Position numbers and translations under genes: made by a program. Shown one piece after another: positions 46,626-55,773 of a DNA stretch of 64,000 bases; the first letter of the stretch is position 1, and every line of letters begins with the position of its first letter. The stretch spans positions 1 through 64,000 of the IMG/VR virus record IMGVR_UViG_3300045141_000181; one strand, written 5' to 3'. Source of the DNA: a virus. The notes under the pieces were generated by a model. That model ran no database searches. It saw nothing but the letters and a program-made list of their open reading frames with translations, and was not told the origin of the DNA.

Positions 46626-47620
46626 TAGTTGGCCGCTCCCTTCAATCCGTTGTTTTTGATGCAGGCCCGTTGCTGCTTTTTACCTACGCCTTCCAGTAGG
46701 CAGGCATTTTCAAAGAGAGCATCTACAATGAGTTCGTTACCCGCTTCCCAGTGCATATTTGCCGGAATGGTCCCCTGCGCATCTTTGATCTCGATTACCG
46801 GCAAGCCACGATAGCGGGCCTCGTCCGACATCTTTATGTGCGTGTGGATTCCGTCATCGCCAATCTGAATCGGCTTCATGAATTGTGCATCTTTGCCGTG
46901 CAGTTCGACCGTATAATCCCAGTTCTTAATTGGGCCTACCGTATTCAACTGGGCGAGCTTTTCGGCCTCTAACTTTTGCCGTTCTGCGGCTTCAACCTGC
47001 GCCGCCGCTTCTGCTTTCTTTCGGGCCGCTTCCTCGTCTGGGTAGGAGAAGGCAACCCGCGCCATATGCTCGGCCGATGTGGAAATTAGGCGGATGTAGT
47101 AGGACCGGCGATCTGTGCCGATCGTCAGTGTCGTATCGAGTCCCACCTGGGTAGGTTTAACCACCACATAAACGAACTGATTGGAGCCGGATCCAGCGGT
47201 GCGGCTAGCAATCTGCCAGCGCGTATCTCCCCAATCCAGTGCGTCAGCGGTTAGCTTCTCCCCCGGCTCCAGATCTACTTCGCACACCTGGAGAATGGCG
47301 CATACTACGGTTGGCAGGATCTGGCCGTACCTGAAAAGCACTCGGCCACTCTTTGCTTCTGGCAGGGGGCCGTTATTGAGCCATTCTCTTGATAGATTTA
47401 GAGCCGTGCGCGCGGCTGGCGTCAAGACCAGTTGCCGCTCAACCGTTACCGTGTCCAGCGTTGCCTCGGGCGCGGGTTTCTTTTTTCGGCTCTTGGCGTC
47501 GGGCGCGTCCTCAACGATACGCTTGGCTTGCAGATAAACATCTGGCCCCGGCATCGGAGGCGCGGGCTGTTGTGCTACGCCTAACAGCGAACACGCTAAG
47601 AATAGAATTGATAGCTTCAT
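46625..47620 (-). CDS. trbG: T4SS TrbG/VirB9
   Basis: Signal peptide MKLSIL (47620); PTVVCAILQVCEVDLEPGE, GDTRW, VVVKP, TDRRSY, DDG.HT. Confidence 0.9.
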   Translation of the reverse strand: MKLSILFLACSLLGVAQQPAPPMPGPDVYLQAKRIVEDAPDAKSRKKKPAPEATLDTVTVERQLVLTPAARTALNLSREWLNNGPLPEAKSGRVLFRYGQILPTVVCAILQVCEVDLEPGEKLTADALDWGDTRWQIASRTAGSGSNQFVYVVVKPTQVGLDTTLTIGTDRRSYYIRLISTSAEHMARVAFSYPDEEAARKKAEAAAQVEAAERQKLEAEKLAQLNTVGPIKNWDYTVELHGKDAQFMKPIQIGDDGIHTHIKMSDEARYRGLPVIEIKDAQGTIPANMHWEAGNELIVDALFENACLLEGVGKKQQRACIKNNGLKGAAN

Positions 47621-47631
47621 GTTTCCTTCCC

Positions 47632-48345
47632 TTACTGAACCGGCTCGGCTTGCAACTCGGTAATGAGAATGCCTAGCGGGTTTTCTTCGCGGGCCTTCTC
47701 GGCCGTGGGGATGCGAATCGAGTAGACGATACGCGCTCGCCATGACTTCTGAGCCGTCACTTCGCCGCTGGTAGATGTTGTCGTCTCGGTCCACCAGATC
47801 CCATACGTGTGTTGGCCTTCGACATCGTAGGTCTTGTACTGCACCGTTACGAGGTGCCCGTCGTCGGCAGCCTTGATTGGATCGTGCTCTTGATACCACG
47901 TCGCCACAACCCGCTTGGCTTGGCTGGCATCGCCGAGATAAGAGAAGCTCCTATCCCATGCGGTTGCTTGCGCGGTGCGGTCGCTCGTTACCGTGCGCCA
48001 TGACTCAATGAACCGCTTGAGAGATTGGACCTTAACCGCGTCCCATGTTGCAGCATCCATATCCGCAGGCTTGGTCGGCCCGGAATAGGAGACTTGATTA
48101 GCCGCATCTCGCTGTAGCACATATACGTCGGTCTTTGACAGCGTAGCCACATGCCAGAGGGCGGCGACCAGTGCGGCAACGATCCCTATCAGCCCGAAAG
48201 CCGCCAGCATCCAGTTGCGCCTACCGGCCGCAAGGTTGCTCCATGACTCTTCCCATGCGCGTGCGGCGAGCTTTGACCGAATCGCCGGGTCCTTATCGGC
48301 AGACTCTGCCTTGGTTCTTTGAAGTGTTTCTAGAGTGTGTGCCAT
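47632..48345 (-). CDS. trbF: T4SS TrbF/VirB8
   Basis: AWEE...RNWML TM; RFIESWRTV..D; NPLGILI. Confidence 0.9.
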   Translation of the reverse strand: MAHTLETLQRTKAESADKDPAIRSKLAARAWEESWSNLAAGRRNWMLAAFGLIGIVAALVAALWHVATLSKTDVYVLQRDAANQVSYSGPTKPADMDAATWDAVKVQSLKRFIESWRTVTSDRTAQATAWDRSFSYLGDASQAKRVVATWYQEHDPIKAADDGHLVTVQYKTYDVEGQHTYGIWWTETTTSTSGEVTAQKSWRARIVYSIRIPTAEKAREENPLGILITELQAEPVQ

Positions 48346-48353
48346 ATTTTTCC

Positions 48354-49583
48354 CTAATGATTGAATCCGTTGAATCTTGGCGTGCTACCGCCCGCGCCGG
48401 AATGCGGCATGCGGGCCGCTGAATTGACCGCAACCTGCGCCATGCTGACAGCGCCGCGCGCCATAGCTCCTGATGCTGCCGAGCGACCGCCACCAGGGGA
48501 CACTTGCGGTGTTTCATTACCGCCCGATGGTGAGCCACCCGGCGCTACTCCATTAACAGAGTTCGCTGCACTGGCAGCACCAGAGACCGCACCACCTACC
48601 GCTGCCGTAGCGCCGCCGCTGGCGAACCCTGCCGCCACCATTGCCCCGGACACTGCGGCGCCTATTGCTGGCGCGACAAAGCTCAACATGTCGCTATGGC
48701 TAAGGTTTGGAGAGCCACCCAGTAGACCGGCAATGTGCGACGGCAGAAACCAGCAGACCGATGCGTACAGAACTGCACCGGCCGCGATCAGATAGGAAGC
48801 CTGCACACCGGCCTGAGTGAATGGGATGGCTTGCGCTGCCGCTATCCAGGAATTCGTCATCATCCAGCCCGCACCGATGAGCAAATACATCATCATCAGG
48901 CGGATTCCTGCCCCGAACGAATACGCGAAGTATCGCTCAACATACGAACTGGTATAGCCAGATCCGCCGAACCCCAGGAACAAGACACCCGCACCAAGCG
49001 CGACGAACGTTTGTACTTTGGCGATTATGAATTGTATGGTGATGACCAAAAAGCACGCGATGATCACCGTCCCGGCAAACACAAGCGCATGCGCTGTGGC
49101 GATATCGGCCATCAAGCCGTGCTTGAATGCTTCCCATAGCAGCTTGCCGAATATCTTGAAGCCCTGGAGAAGCACTACTGACGGAGCTATAGAGGGCACC
49201 CCGCTTGCAGCTTTGCCGATCTGCACAAAGCTGTTGATAATCGCGCCCATCCATGTGCCAGCATTCATCAGTAGGGCCAAAAACATTCCAATCATCAGAA
49301 TTTTGTTGGTAGCAGTGAAGATTACGCTTCGGATATCCTGCCCATTCCATGTACGCCACAGCGTCCAACCCAGAAAGGCCATTTCCAGGCCTGCCAACGC
49401 CCAAAAAATCTCAAATGCGAATGGAGAGATGGACGTGAACCATACAGTGGATACTTGCTCAATTGCCTGAGTAAGCGAGGACGGATCAGAGATGACCGGC
49501 GCGGACGGAGGGCCGAATTGCCCAAACAATACTGGCGCTAATAACAGGCCGAGCAAAAGGCGTTTATTCATTGGAGTTACCAC
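48354..49583 (-). CDS. trbL: T4SS TrbL/VirB6
   Basis: Polytopic membrane protein with a Gly/Ala/Ser-rich tail; gene order. Confidence 0.9.
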   Translation of the reverse strand: MVTPMNKRLLLGLLLAPVLFGQFGPPSAPVISDPSSLTQAIEQVSTVWFTSISPFAFEIFWALAGLEMAFLGWTLWRTWNGQDIRSVIFTATNKILMIGMFLALLMNAGTWMGAIINSFVQIGKAASGVPSIAPSVVLLQGFKIFGKLLWEAFKHGLMADIATAHALVFAGTVIIACFLVITIQFIIAKVQTFVALGAGVLFLGFGGSGYTSSYVERYFAYSFGAGIRLMMMYLLIGAGWMMTNSWIAAAQAIPFTQAGVQASYLIAAGAVLYASVCWFLPSHIAGLLGGSPNLSHSDMLSFVAPAIGAAVSGAMVAAGFASGGATAAVGGAVSGAASAANSVNGVAPGGSPSGGNETPQVSPGGGRSAASGAMARGAVSMAQVAVNSAARMPHSGAGGSTPRFNGFNH

Positions 49584-49897
49584 GCCCGCGATCTGTCGGC
49601 GAGCGGTTCAGGTGCCGGGGTAGCCATCATTGCGGCGCGGCAGACGGTGCCTTCAGAACTGCGCCCCCAACTTGCTGTAGCGTTCAATTGCCGCTGCTGG
49701 CATGCCGTAGAAATCTCCGTTGCCAGCGTGGGACGATTGGCGAACCACGTTCCCAGACTCAAGGCGTCAAAGGTGGACAGATCCCCAGCACCCGCCGCCT
49801 CAACCCGGCGCACGATTGCCGATTGCTGAGCGTTCGGGTCATAGCAACCGATCAAGGAAATTATTCCCAGCATGGCTACACCTAGCCGACTAAACAT
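49577..49897 (-). CDS. Lipoprotein, putative entry exclusion (TrbK position)
   Basis: Lipobox SLIG-C; between trbJ and trbL. Confidence 0.55.
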   Translation of the reverse strand: MFSRLGVAMLGIISLIGCYDPNAQQSAIVRRVEAAGAGDLSTFDALSLGTWFANRPTLATEISTACQQRQLNATASWGRSSEGTVCRAAMMATPAPEPLADRSRAW

Positions 49898-50165
49898 GCG
49901 TGGCCTCCGTATCAGTGCAGGCGAGTTTGGTCTCCGATATGACCGGTGGTGCTCCGCAAAACATGTATACTAAGCTCACCACCACGACCTGCATAACGGC
50001 AAACGCATTGCCGAATAGACGCACATCGGCTTCATAAGCGGCGGGCAAATCCCCAAACTTCAGAACCGCCCAGCACACACATAATGGCCATATTGCTACA
50101 ACCAGAAGCCCTATCACGTGCCTATATCTAGAGACAAATGATGCCGCTATCTTTATAGTTTTCAT
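49890..50165 (-). CDS. Small membrane protein
   Basis: Two hydrophobic segments; inserted after trbJ. Confidence 0.45.
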   Translation of the reverse strand: MKTIKIAASFVSRYRHVIGLLVVAIWPLCVCWAVLKFGDLPAAYEADVRLFGNAFAVMQVVVVSLVYMFCGAPPVISETKLACTDTEATHV

Positions 50166-50171
50166 ATTGCC

Positions 50172-50897
50172 TTACCATGCCCTCGTATCTGCTGAAATGC
50201 TGCTCGGGTCGCCAAACCCAGAAGTGGCCGCCTGAATCTGTGCCTGCTGGGTATTAATCTGCTGTGCCGAAATAGCGGCCTTGGCTGCCATGTCAGCAGC
50301 AAAGAGTGCGCGCAGCTTCATGAGTTGAGCGACCGTTTCTGTGCCTACCGAAACGCCGAGCTGCAGACTTTGATTGCGTCCCTGCGGAGTAACCATTAGC
50401 GCTTGAATCCGCGCCATGAATTGCTGATCGTTGGCTAAGCTGTTACCCTGCATTCCGGCCGTATTGGCCACGCCCTGAATGGTCTTTAGTGCGGTATCTG
50501 ACCAAGTGTTGTATGCCGTAGCGTAAGTTTGCGTGCCTGTAGAAGCAAACGGTACGTAGACCGCGCGGAATTGATTGTCCATCTGCGCAAAGTCAAGCGC
50601 TAAGCCGCGCGACTGCTGCAAGATACTTCCAAAACTTGAAATATCCGCCAAGATGTTCGTGCTCGGATGTTGCGCCAGATCAACCCCTTCTCGCACCATG
50701 ATTTGAGCCATTTGCACGGCATTTAACGCGGTTTGGGCCTCCTTCACGTAATTTGATAGAAGCTGGGCGTGGTTGAGAAGCTGGGTAATTTCTGATGCTG
50801 CTAGTGGGTTCCAGAACTGCGCCCGCGCTTCCTCTGCCGGAACAAGCAAGAGCGCTGCCGGAAGAATCACAAGTGGGAAAGTGGATAGTTTACGCAT
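50172..50897 (-). CDS. trbJ: T4SS TrbJ/VirB5
   Basis: Signal peptide, ASEITQLLN, G.NQSLQ...QLMKLR motifs. Confidence 0.88.
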   Translation of the reverse strand: MRKLSTFPLVILPAALLLVPAEEARAQFWNPLAASEITQLLNHAQLLSNYVKEAQTALNAVQMAQIMVREGVDLAQHPSTNILADISSFGSILQQSRGLALDFAQMDNQFRAVYVPFASTGTQTYATAYNTWSDTALKTIQGVANTAGMQGNSLANDQQFMARIQALMVTPQGRNQSLQLGVSVGTETVAQLMKLRALFAADMAAKAAISAQQINTQQAQIQAATSGFGDPSSISADTRAW

Positions 50898-53382
50898 ACT
50901 GGGCCGTCTCCTTTTCGGCCAGATTAGAAATCTGCGAATAGTAGTCTGCCCATTCGTTGAGTCCTCGCGAGCGAAGCCAAGTGGCTACCCAGCCGTGCCC
51001 ATTGCGAGCGATCATATTGTCAACGCGAGCGCGATCCGCATCAGTGGATGCCGCCACAAACGACAATGTGAGCGCACCCAATTCCAGCGCGATAAGGCGC
51101 TTCCCGTCGGGCGACATCACGTAGTAGTCGGACTTCAGCTCTGCATGTGCGATCTTTTCACGGTCCAGCGAATTGCAGCCCATCGCCTCGTACGCCGCCG
51201 CGCCCTCCAGAATTGCTTGCGGATTAGGCAGGCACACTTTCGTTAAGCATTGATCCAGAACCGCCGATTTCAGCGGAGAAGCGAAGACCTTGGACAATTC
51301 CTGAAGAACCAGCCAAACCGACATGTTGAGCTTTCGCCCCTCAAGCAGGAATTCCTCGAAGCATTTAGCGGCCATCGGATGCGATAGCGCCTCTCGGAAT
51401 TCATCAACCGTAACGAGAGTCGGAACGTCCGAGCGAAGGCGCTTGCGGATCTTGTGGAAGATATAAAACAGGGCTCCATTCATGGTCTTTTTGTCGAGAC
51501 GATACAGTTCATCCATCTCGAACACGACCATGCGGCTTAGCTCTAAATTATCCTTTTCCCCGTCAAGGATGCCACCGCAGTAGAACTTCAGCGCTTCCTT
51601 TACCTCAATCGAAGCCACGGCCATCCTAAAATCCGTAAGGGAGCGCCCGCCCTTGCTGCCCGCGAGCAATTGCAGCGCTTCCGCTACATCATTGCGGATA
51701 TCTGGAGTTACCGTTAAGCCGTTCTGATCCAGAAGAAGCTCGATCCACTGAGATGCCCAATCTAGATCCCGCTTTGTCTCTAATTGCGCCAGCGGACAAA
51801 GCAGCGTCTCGCCTGAATCGGGGCTGATATCTATGAAGTCGCCACCCATCGCCTTCGTGAGCGTATAAAGGGCGCGCTTCTTATCGAATGCATATACCTG
51901 CGCGCCTGGGTAGCGGAACCACTGCGCGATAGAGAGCCCCAGCCATGTGGTCTTACCGCTGCCGGTCGGGCCGGTTATCAATTGATGGCCTACGTCTTTA
52001 ACTAATGGATGGAAGCGATACGCGCTGCCACCACTCGTAACCGCATGAAAGAGTGGTGGAGACTTATATGGAAAGTATGGCGACGGGCAAAACTCCAAGC
52101 CACGGAATGGTGCCGACAATGGCATCATATGCACTAAGTTTTCCGTAGTCACGATAAACGTGCGCGGGTCCTTGTACTGCTGTCCTGGAAATGTAGCCAG
52201 CCATGCCGCTACCGCGTTGGTGGTCTCGACCCGACAAGAAAATCCGCAATTCTGGCGAATAACCCTTGTGATGGCCTGGGCCGCTTCGCGCAAACGCTCC
52301 ACGCTTGACTCCATAACTATGACCTTGCCCGAATACCGCACCGAGACCTCGCGTCCATGCTCTGCGAGATTCATGGCGCGCAACGCATCGCCCTCCAACT
52401 CAGCGGCTACCGTATCCGCAAGCTCCGGGGATGCATTCTGCATCAATTTGCTCTTGATGGAGGTCTTTTTGCTTTTCCACTTTCCCTTGTTCGCCTCATG
52501 CGCTTTCGTGGCTTCCTGCGCGTCCATGAGAGCACCCTGCTGGCAGAAGCGGAAATCATAAGGGATGGAGTCCAGTTCGCGCATAATACCGGCAAAGCTT
52601 AACTGTGGGAATCCATCTATCGCGATGACACAGATGCGCTTTCCGGGGACCAGTTCATTCATTGGATCGCCCAGCTCCGGCTCCCCGCCACCCGTGAAAT
52701 CATCCGCGGCCAAATATTGATTCAGGTGCGCCGGAACGTCTGGGATAGCGAATGGGAATTCTTCTCCACAGATACACCAGCGCACGTATTCCAGAAGCTC
52801 ATCGCAGACCATAGTGGCCTCGCCTACGCGCTTCTCATAACTCTTGAGACGGCGCACGCCGGGAAGATTCGCCCGCAGAAGTGAATCGATCTCGGATACC
52901 TTCTTTCCAAATACTGCGAGGTCTTTTTCATCAGATCCGCCGCCCTGCGTTGCGTCGAATAGAAACCGGGCGGCTTTCGCTGATCCTCCCGCGCCAGCCT
53001 CATACGAGACAGCCATAAAATAGCGGCTGAGTCTCGTTCCGCTTTCGTCGGCCAGCATATAGCGATTGCGGCGCTCATGGTCGATCATGTGCGAGACCGC
53101 ATCGGGCCAGTCGGCACTTGGTGAATACTCCGACTTCTGGGAACGGATTAAATCGCAATGAATCGTCCAGCCCTTCCCCATGCGCAACTTACTAGACATG
53201 CGCTTGGCGATCTGCCAGCACTCCTCAATGGGCAGTGCGTCCATATCCGGACCCCAGAATTCCCATGCGGCCACAAGCACATTCGTAGATAGAAGCAGCA
53301 CGCCATCGTCCGCAAGCGCGAAGTAGTCAATCAGGTCTGACAGACCATTAGCGTTTTTTCTGGCTTCAGCCTGAATAAACAT
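50890..53382 (-). CDS. trbE: T4SS ATPase TrbE/VirB4
   Basis: 830 aa; DVGHQLITGPTGSGKT, FDK, VDEF, RKLN, LPNP motifs. Confidence 0.95.
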   Translation of the reverse strand: MFIQAEARKNANGLSDLIDYFALADDGVLLLSTNVLVAAWEFWGPDMDALPIEECWQIAKRMSSKLRMGKGWTIHCDLIRSQKSEYSPSADWPDAVSHMIDHERRNRYMLADESGTRLSRYFMAVSYEAGAGGSAKAARFLFDATQGGGSDEKDLAVFGKKVSEIDSLLRANLPGVRRLKSYEKRVGEATMVCDELLEYVRWCICGEEFPFAIPDVPAHLNQYLAADDFTGGGEPELGDPMNELVPGKRICVIAIDGFPQLSFAGIMRELDSIPYDFRFCQQGALMDAQEATKAHEANKGKWKSKKTSIKSKLMQNASPELADTVAAELEGDALRAMNLAEHGREVSVRYSGKVIVMESSVERLREAAQAITRVIRQNCGFSCRVETTNAVAAWLATFPGQQYKDPRTFIVTTENLVHMMPLSAPFRGLEFCPSPYFPYKSPPLFHAVTSGGSAYRFHPLVKDVGHQLITGPTGSGKTTWLGLSIAQWFRYPGAQVYAFDKKRALYTLTKAMGGDFIDISPDSGETLLCPLAQLETKRDLDWASQWIELLLDQNGLTVTPDIRNDVAEALQLLAGSKGGRSLTDFRMAVASIEVKEALKFYCGGILDGEKDNLELSRMVVFEMDELYRLDKKTMNGALFYIFHKIRKRLRSDVPTLVTVDEFREALSHPMAAKCFEEFLLEGRKLNMSVWLVLQELSKVFASPLKSAVLDQCLTKVCLPNPQAILEGAAAYEAMGCNSLDREKIAHAELKSDYYVMSPDGKRLIALELGALTLSFVAASTDADRARVDNMIARNGHGWVATWLRSRGLNEWADYYSQISNLAEKETAQYA

Positions 53383-53384
53383 TC

Positions 53385-53687
53385 TTAAGTTCTCCAGCGC
53401 TTCGCCCGGATCGGCTTAGCCGTCCAGAATCCTCGGTTGTAGCGTTGCGAATTGTGGTGGACCTCGATGAGGCGTGGGTCATCCTTAGCCATTTCTTGGA
53501 GCATTTTGCGGAGAAAAAAGAAAAGGCCAATCGACAGCCCAATCCCGTAACGATTGGGCACCGACAGCACCACCACCACGCACAATACCCCTACAAGCAC
53601 TATCGCGGCCGGTTCGCACCCAACAAGTAAGTGTGTCCGATTAGACGACTCGTGGAACTTTGCGCAAAAGCTAGGGTGAATATCCAT
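53385..53687 (-). CDS. trbD: T4SS TrbD/VirB3
   Basis: H.S.NR.HLL.G.E, two TM segments, MAKDDP. Confidence 0.88.
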   Translation of the reverse strand: MDIHPSFCAKFHESSNRTHLLVGCEPAAIVLVGVLCVVVVLSVPNRYGIGLSIGLFFFLRKMLQEMAKDDPRLIEVHHNSQRYNRGFWTAKPIRAKRWRT

Positions 53688-53699
53688 TGGCCTTTTGAG

Positions 53700-54017
53700 T
53701 TAAATAATTGCGCCCTGGACGCCAGGGATAAAGCTGAGCAGTGAAGCGCTGCCCAAGGCGATTCCAGCAACCGCCAGAGTTCCCATTGCTCCGTTACCTA
53801 CCGCGCCCATATCGTGGTGGTGCCGATACCATGAGATCGCGCCAACCACCACCATGATTAGCGAGAGCCCATAAGCCAGAGGGCCAGCCACTTCGTTTGA
53901 TAGCCCGAAAATCGCTTCAGTGGCTACTAGCCTTCCACCACCGACAGCAAGCATGTGCGGGGCCGTTAGCAGGCTCGACAATATAAATCCAGAAGCACGT
54001 AATGCAAACTTTTTCAT
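53700..54017 (-). CDS. trbC: Pilin TrbC/VirB2
   Basis: Start MKKFALR (54017); signal peptide, VAGPLAY, two hydrophobic helices; between trbB and trbD. Confidence 0.8.
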   Translation of the reverse strand: MKKFALRASGFILSSLLTAPHMLAVGGGRLVATEAIFGLSNEVAGPLAYGLSLIMVVVGAISWYRHHHDMGAVGNGAMGTLAVAGIALGSASLLSFIPGVQGAII

Positions 54018-54030
54018 CTCTAATTTCCTT

Positions 54031-55113
54031 TCAGACAAATCGATATGCGTAATCCTGTTTTTCTCGGTCGAATCCATCGATGAGCAGGATTTCGCGAACC
54101 TTTCGACCAGCGGAGACTCGGTCTTCGCCATCAATGAAAATCACCATGTTGATCGCTGACGCGATTCTTTCTCTGGTGGATGCCTCATGGCCACCCACCA
54201 AAGTCTCTAGCTTTCTAAGACCCTGTACGGCATCGTCAGCGTGGAGTGTAGCCAATCCACCCGAATGTCCCGTATTCCAAGCGCTTAATAGCGTGCGCGC
54301 TGGATGCTCCTCTCGCACTTCTCCAACCACGATGCGTTTCGGTATCAGGCGCAACGTCGTAGTTAGCAGTTCCGCTTGCGATATGTGCGCGGTTGACAAT
54401 AACTGCACATGATTAGGCAAACTGCATTGCAACTCGGGCGTGTCCTCGATTATTACGACCCGATCTCCCGGCGTGGATTCTAGCCAATCGTGAATCACGC
54501 TGTTCGCTGCGGTGGTTTTGCCGCTGCCTGTAGGCCCAACCATCAAAATATTCCTGCGATGACGATTGGCGGCTCGAATTACGTCAACGTGGTCAAGCGA
54601 CGACGACTCCATTTCTCGGCTGAACTCGTCGCGATTGCGTTTACTGTTGAGTGGATCGTCCTTTCGGGTTGTTATTCCGCCATCGTGCATATCCTGCAAA
54701 GAGAAGATTTTCTTCTGTCTGGTGCGGATGGCGAACACTGGAGATGTAACCACCGGGCTACATACCCCCTCTATTCGGTCCCCTGTCAACGGGAAGATTG
54801 TTTCCAGGATTGGGTGGTCATGATCAAATTGAATGCCGCGAACTGTTGCGATTCCAGAAAGCAGCAACGCGCTTGAGTTTGGCGGAAAATGATCCACACA
54901 CATAAACCCATAACCCAATCGATTTACCCACAGCCTAGAGTCTGCGTTCACCACCACATCAAGCGTTAACGGATCCTGAAGGAGTTCGACGATCGGACCA
55001 GCATGGCAAGCCAGATTGTGTAATTGCCGCCTCTCCTGGTCCGATGTCGTCTTCATAGATACTTTCGCTCCAATCGCAGATGTAACCGGTGTAGCCATCG
55101 CCTCATGATTCAT
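54031..55113 (-). CDS. trbB: T4SS ATPase TrbB/VirB11
   Basis: GPTGSGKT, IEDTPEL, LRL.P.RI.VGEVR, WNTGH.GG..TLHA. Confidence 0.95.
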   Translation of the reverse strand: MNHEAMATPVTSAIGAKVSMKTTSDQERRQLHNLACHAGPIVELLQDPLTLDVVVNADSRLWVNRLGYGFMCVDHFPPNSSALLLSGIATVRGIQFDHDHPILETIFPLTGDRIEGVCSPVVTSPVFAIRTRQKKIFSLQDMHDGGITTRKDDPLNSKRNRDEFSREMESSSLDHVDVIRAANRHRRNILMVGPTGSGKTTAANSVIHDWLESTPGDRVVIIEDTPELQCSLPNHVQLLSTAHISQAELLTTTLRLIPKRIVVGEVREEHPARTLLSAWNTGHSGGLATLHADDAVQGLRKLETLVGGHEASTRERIASAINMVIFIDGEDRVSAGRKVREILLIDGFDREKQDYAYRFV

Positions 55114-55198
55114 TCCTTTTTGTTTTGCGCGGCGAGTGGTTGCCCGCCGCGCTATGTCGTCACCCTTTGGTTTTAAGTACTATCTCCTCCTAGTTCAT

Positions 55199-55227
55199 AC
55201 TGTACACATTTTTGTTTACACTGTCAA
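55199..55227 (-). promoter_or_regulatory. sigma70 promoter of the trb operon
   Basis: TTGACA(55227-55222)-17-TACAGT; overlapping TGTACAC/GTTTACA imperfect inverted repeat; adjacent CCATTATCT/AGATAATGG inverted repeat. Confidence 0.7.
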
Positions 55228-55279
55228 CCATTATCTTGTATAATTCTTTGTAGATAATGGATTACACTTATGCCAAGGG

Positions 55280-55462
55280 ATGAAAACTAAACAGCCCGTG
55301 AAGAAGCGTAGAGACGACGTTGAGCGAGCCCCAGTCAATATACGAAATGTTGCAAAACGAGACTGGGAGAACATAAAAGACATCGCCAAACAGGAAGGCT
55401 TGAGCCTCTGGATGGTACTCGATGAGATGTTTCATGATTGGCTTAAGAAGCACCGCCATTAG
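55280..55462 (+). CDS. Small RHH-like regulator divergent from the trb operon
   Basis: VNIRNV...W..IK..A...GLSL..VL..M...W. Confidence 0.55.
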   Translation: MKTKQPVKKRRDDVERAPVNIRNVAKRDWENIKDIAKQEGLSLWMVLDEMFHDWLKKHRH

Positions 55463-55773
55463 GCTGCTCGTTTCCCCGTCAATTCCTCGATCAATCCCCG
55501 AATCACCCACTCCAGCTCCATATCAACCGCCCGCTGCGCATCCACCATCCGGCACGCATAAATCACGGTGGCGTGATTCTTCCCGCCGAAGTATCGTCCG
55601 ATCCACGGAAAGCTATTGCCGTTGATCGTTCGCATCAGGTACATCGCAATCTGGCGCGGATGCACAATCGCATGGCGTCCATCACGCCTACGCAGATCTT
55701 TCGATTCCAGCCCATAGCGGACAGCAACGGCCCGCAGTATCGCGTCTGGTGCAACGCGACGAGGCAGAGTCAC
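55459..55773 (-). CDS. DnaA C-terminal HTH domain protein
   Basis: PRQIAMYL.R....SFPWIGRYFGGKNHATVIYAC. Confidence 0.88.
   Translation of the reverse strand: MTLPRRVAPDAILRAVAVRYGLESKDLRRRDGRHAIVHPRQIAMYLMRTINGNSFPWIGRYFGGKNHATVIYACRMVDAQRAVDMELEWVIRGLIEELTGKRAA

Larger units (their letters stand above)
36490..55113 (-). mobile_element. Conjugative transfer module (MOBF relaxase, T4CP, Trb-type T4SS) embedded in the phage genome
   Basis: Co-oriented trbB..trbI, traF, coupling protein and trwC; no separate integrase, transposase or terminal repeats seen. Confidence 0.9.

Noticed and set aside
47621-47899. N-terminal extensions of TrbG (and similarly TrbC, T4CP and the tailspike) in the ORF track
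   Set aside because: They overlap upstream genes; downstream ATGs give proper signal peptides or SD context.
36400-55500. Independent ICE or transposon inserted in the phage
   Set aside because: No integrase, transposase, att site or target duplication was seen at either border. Not fully excluded without comparative genomes.
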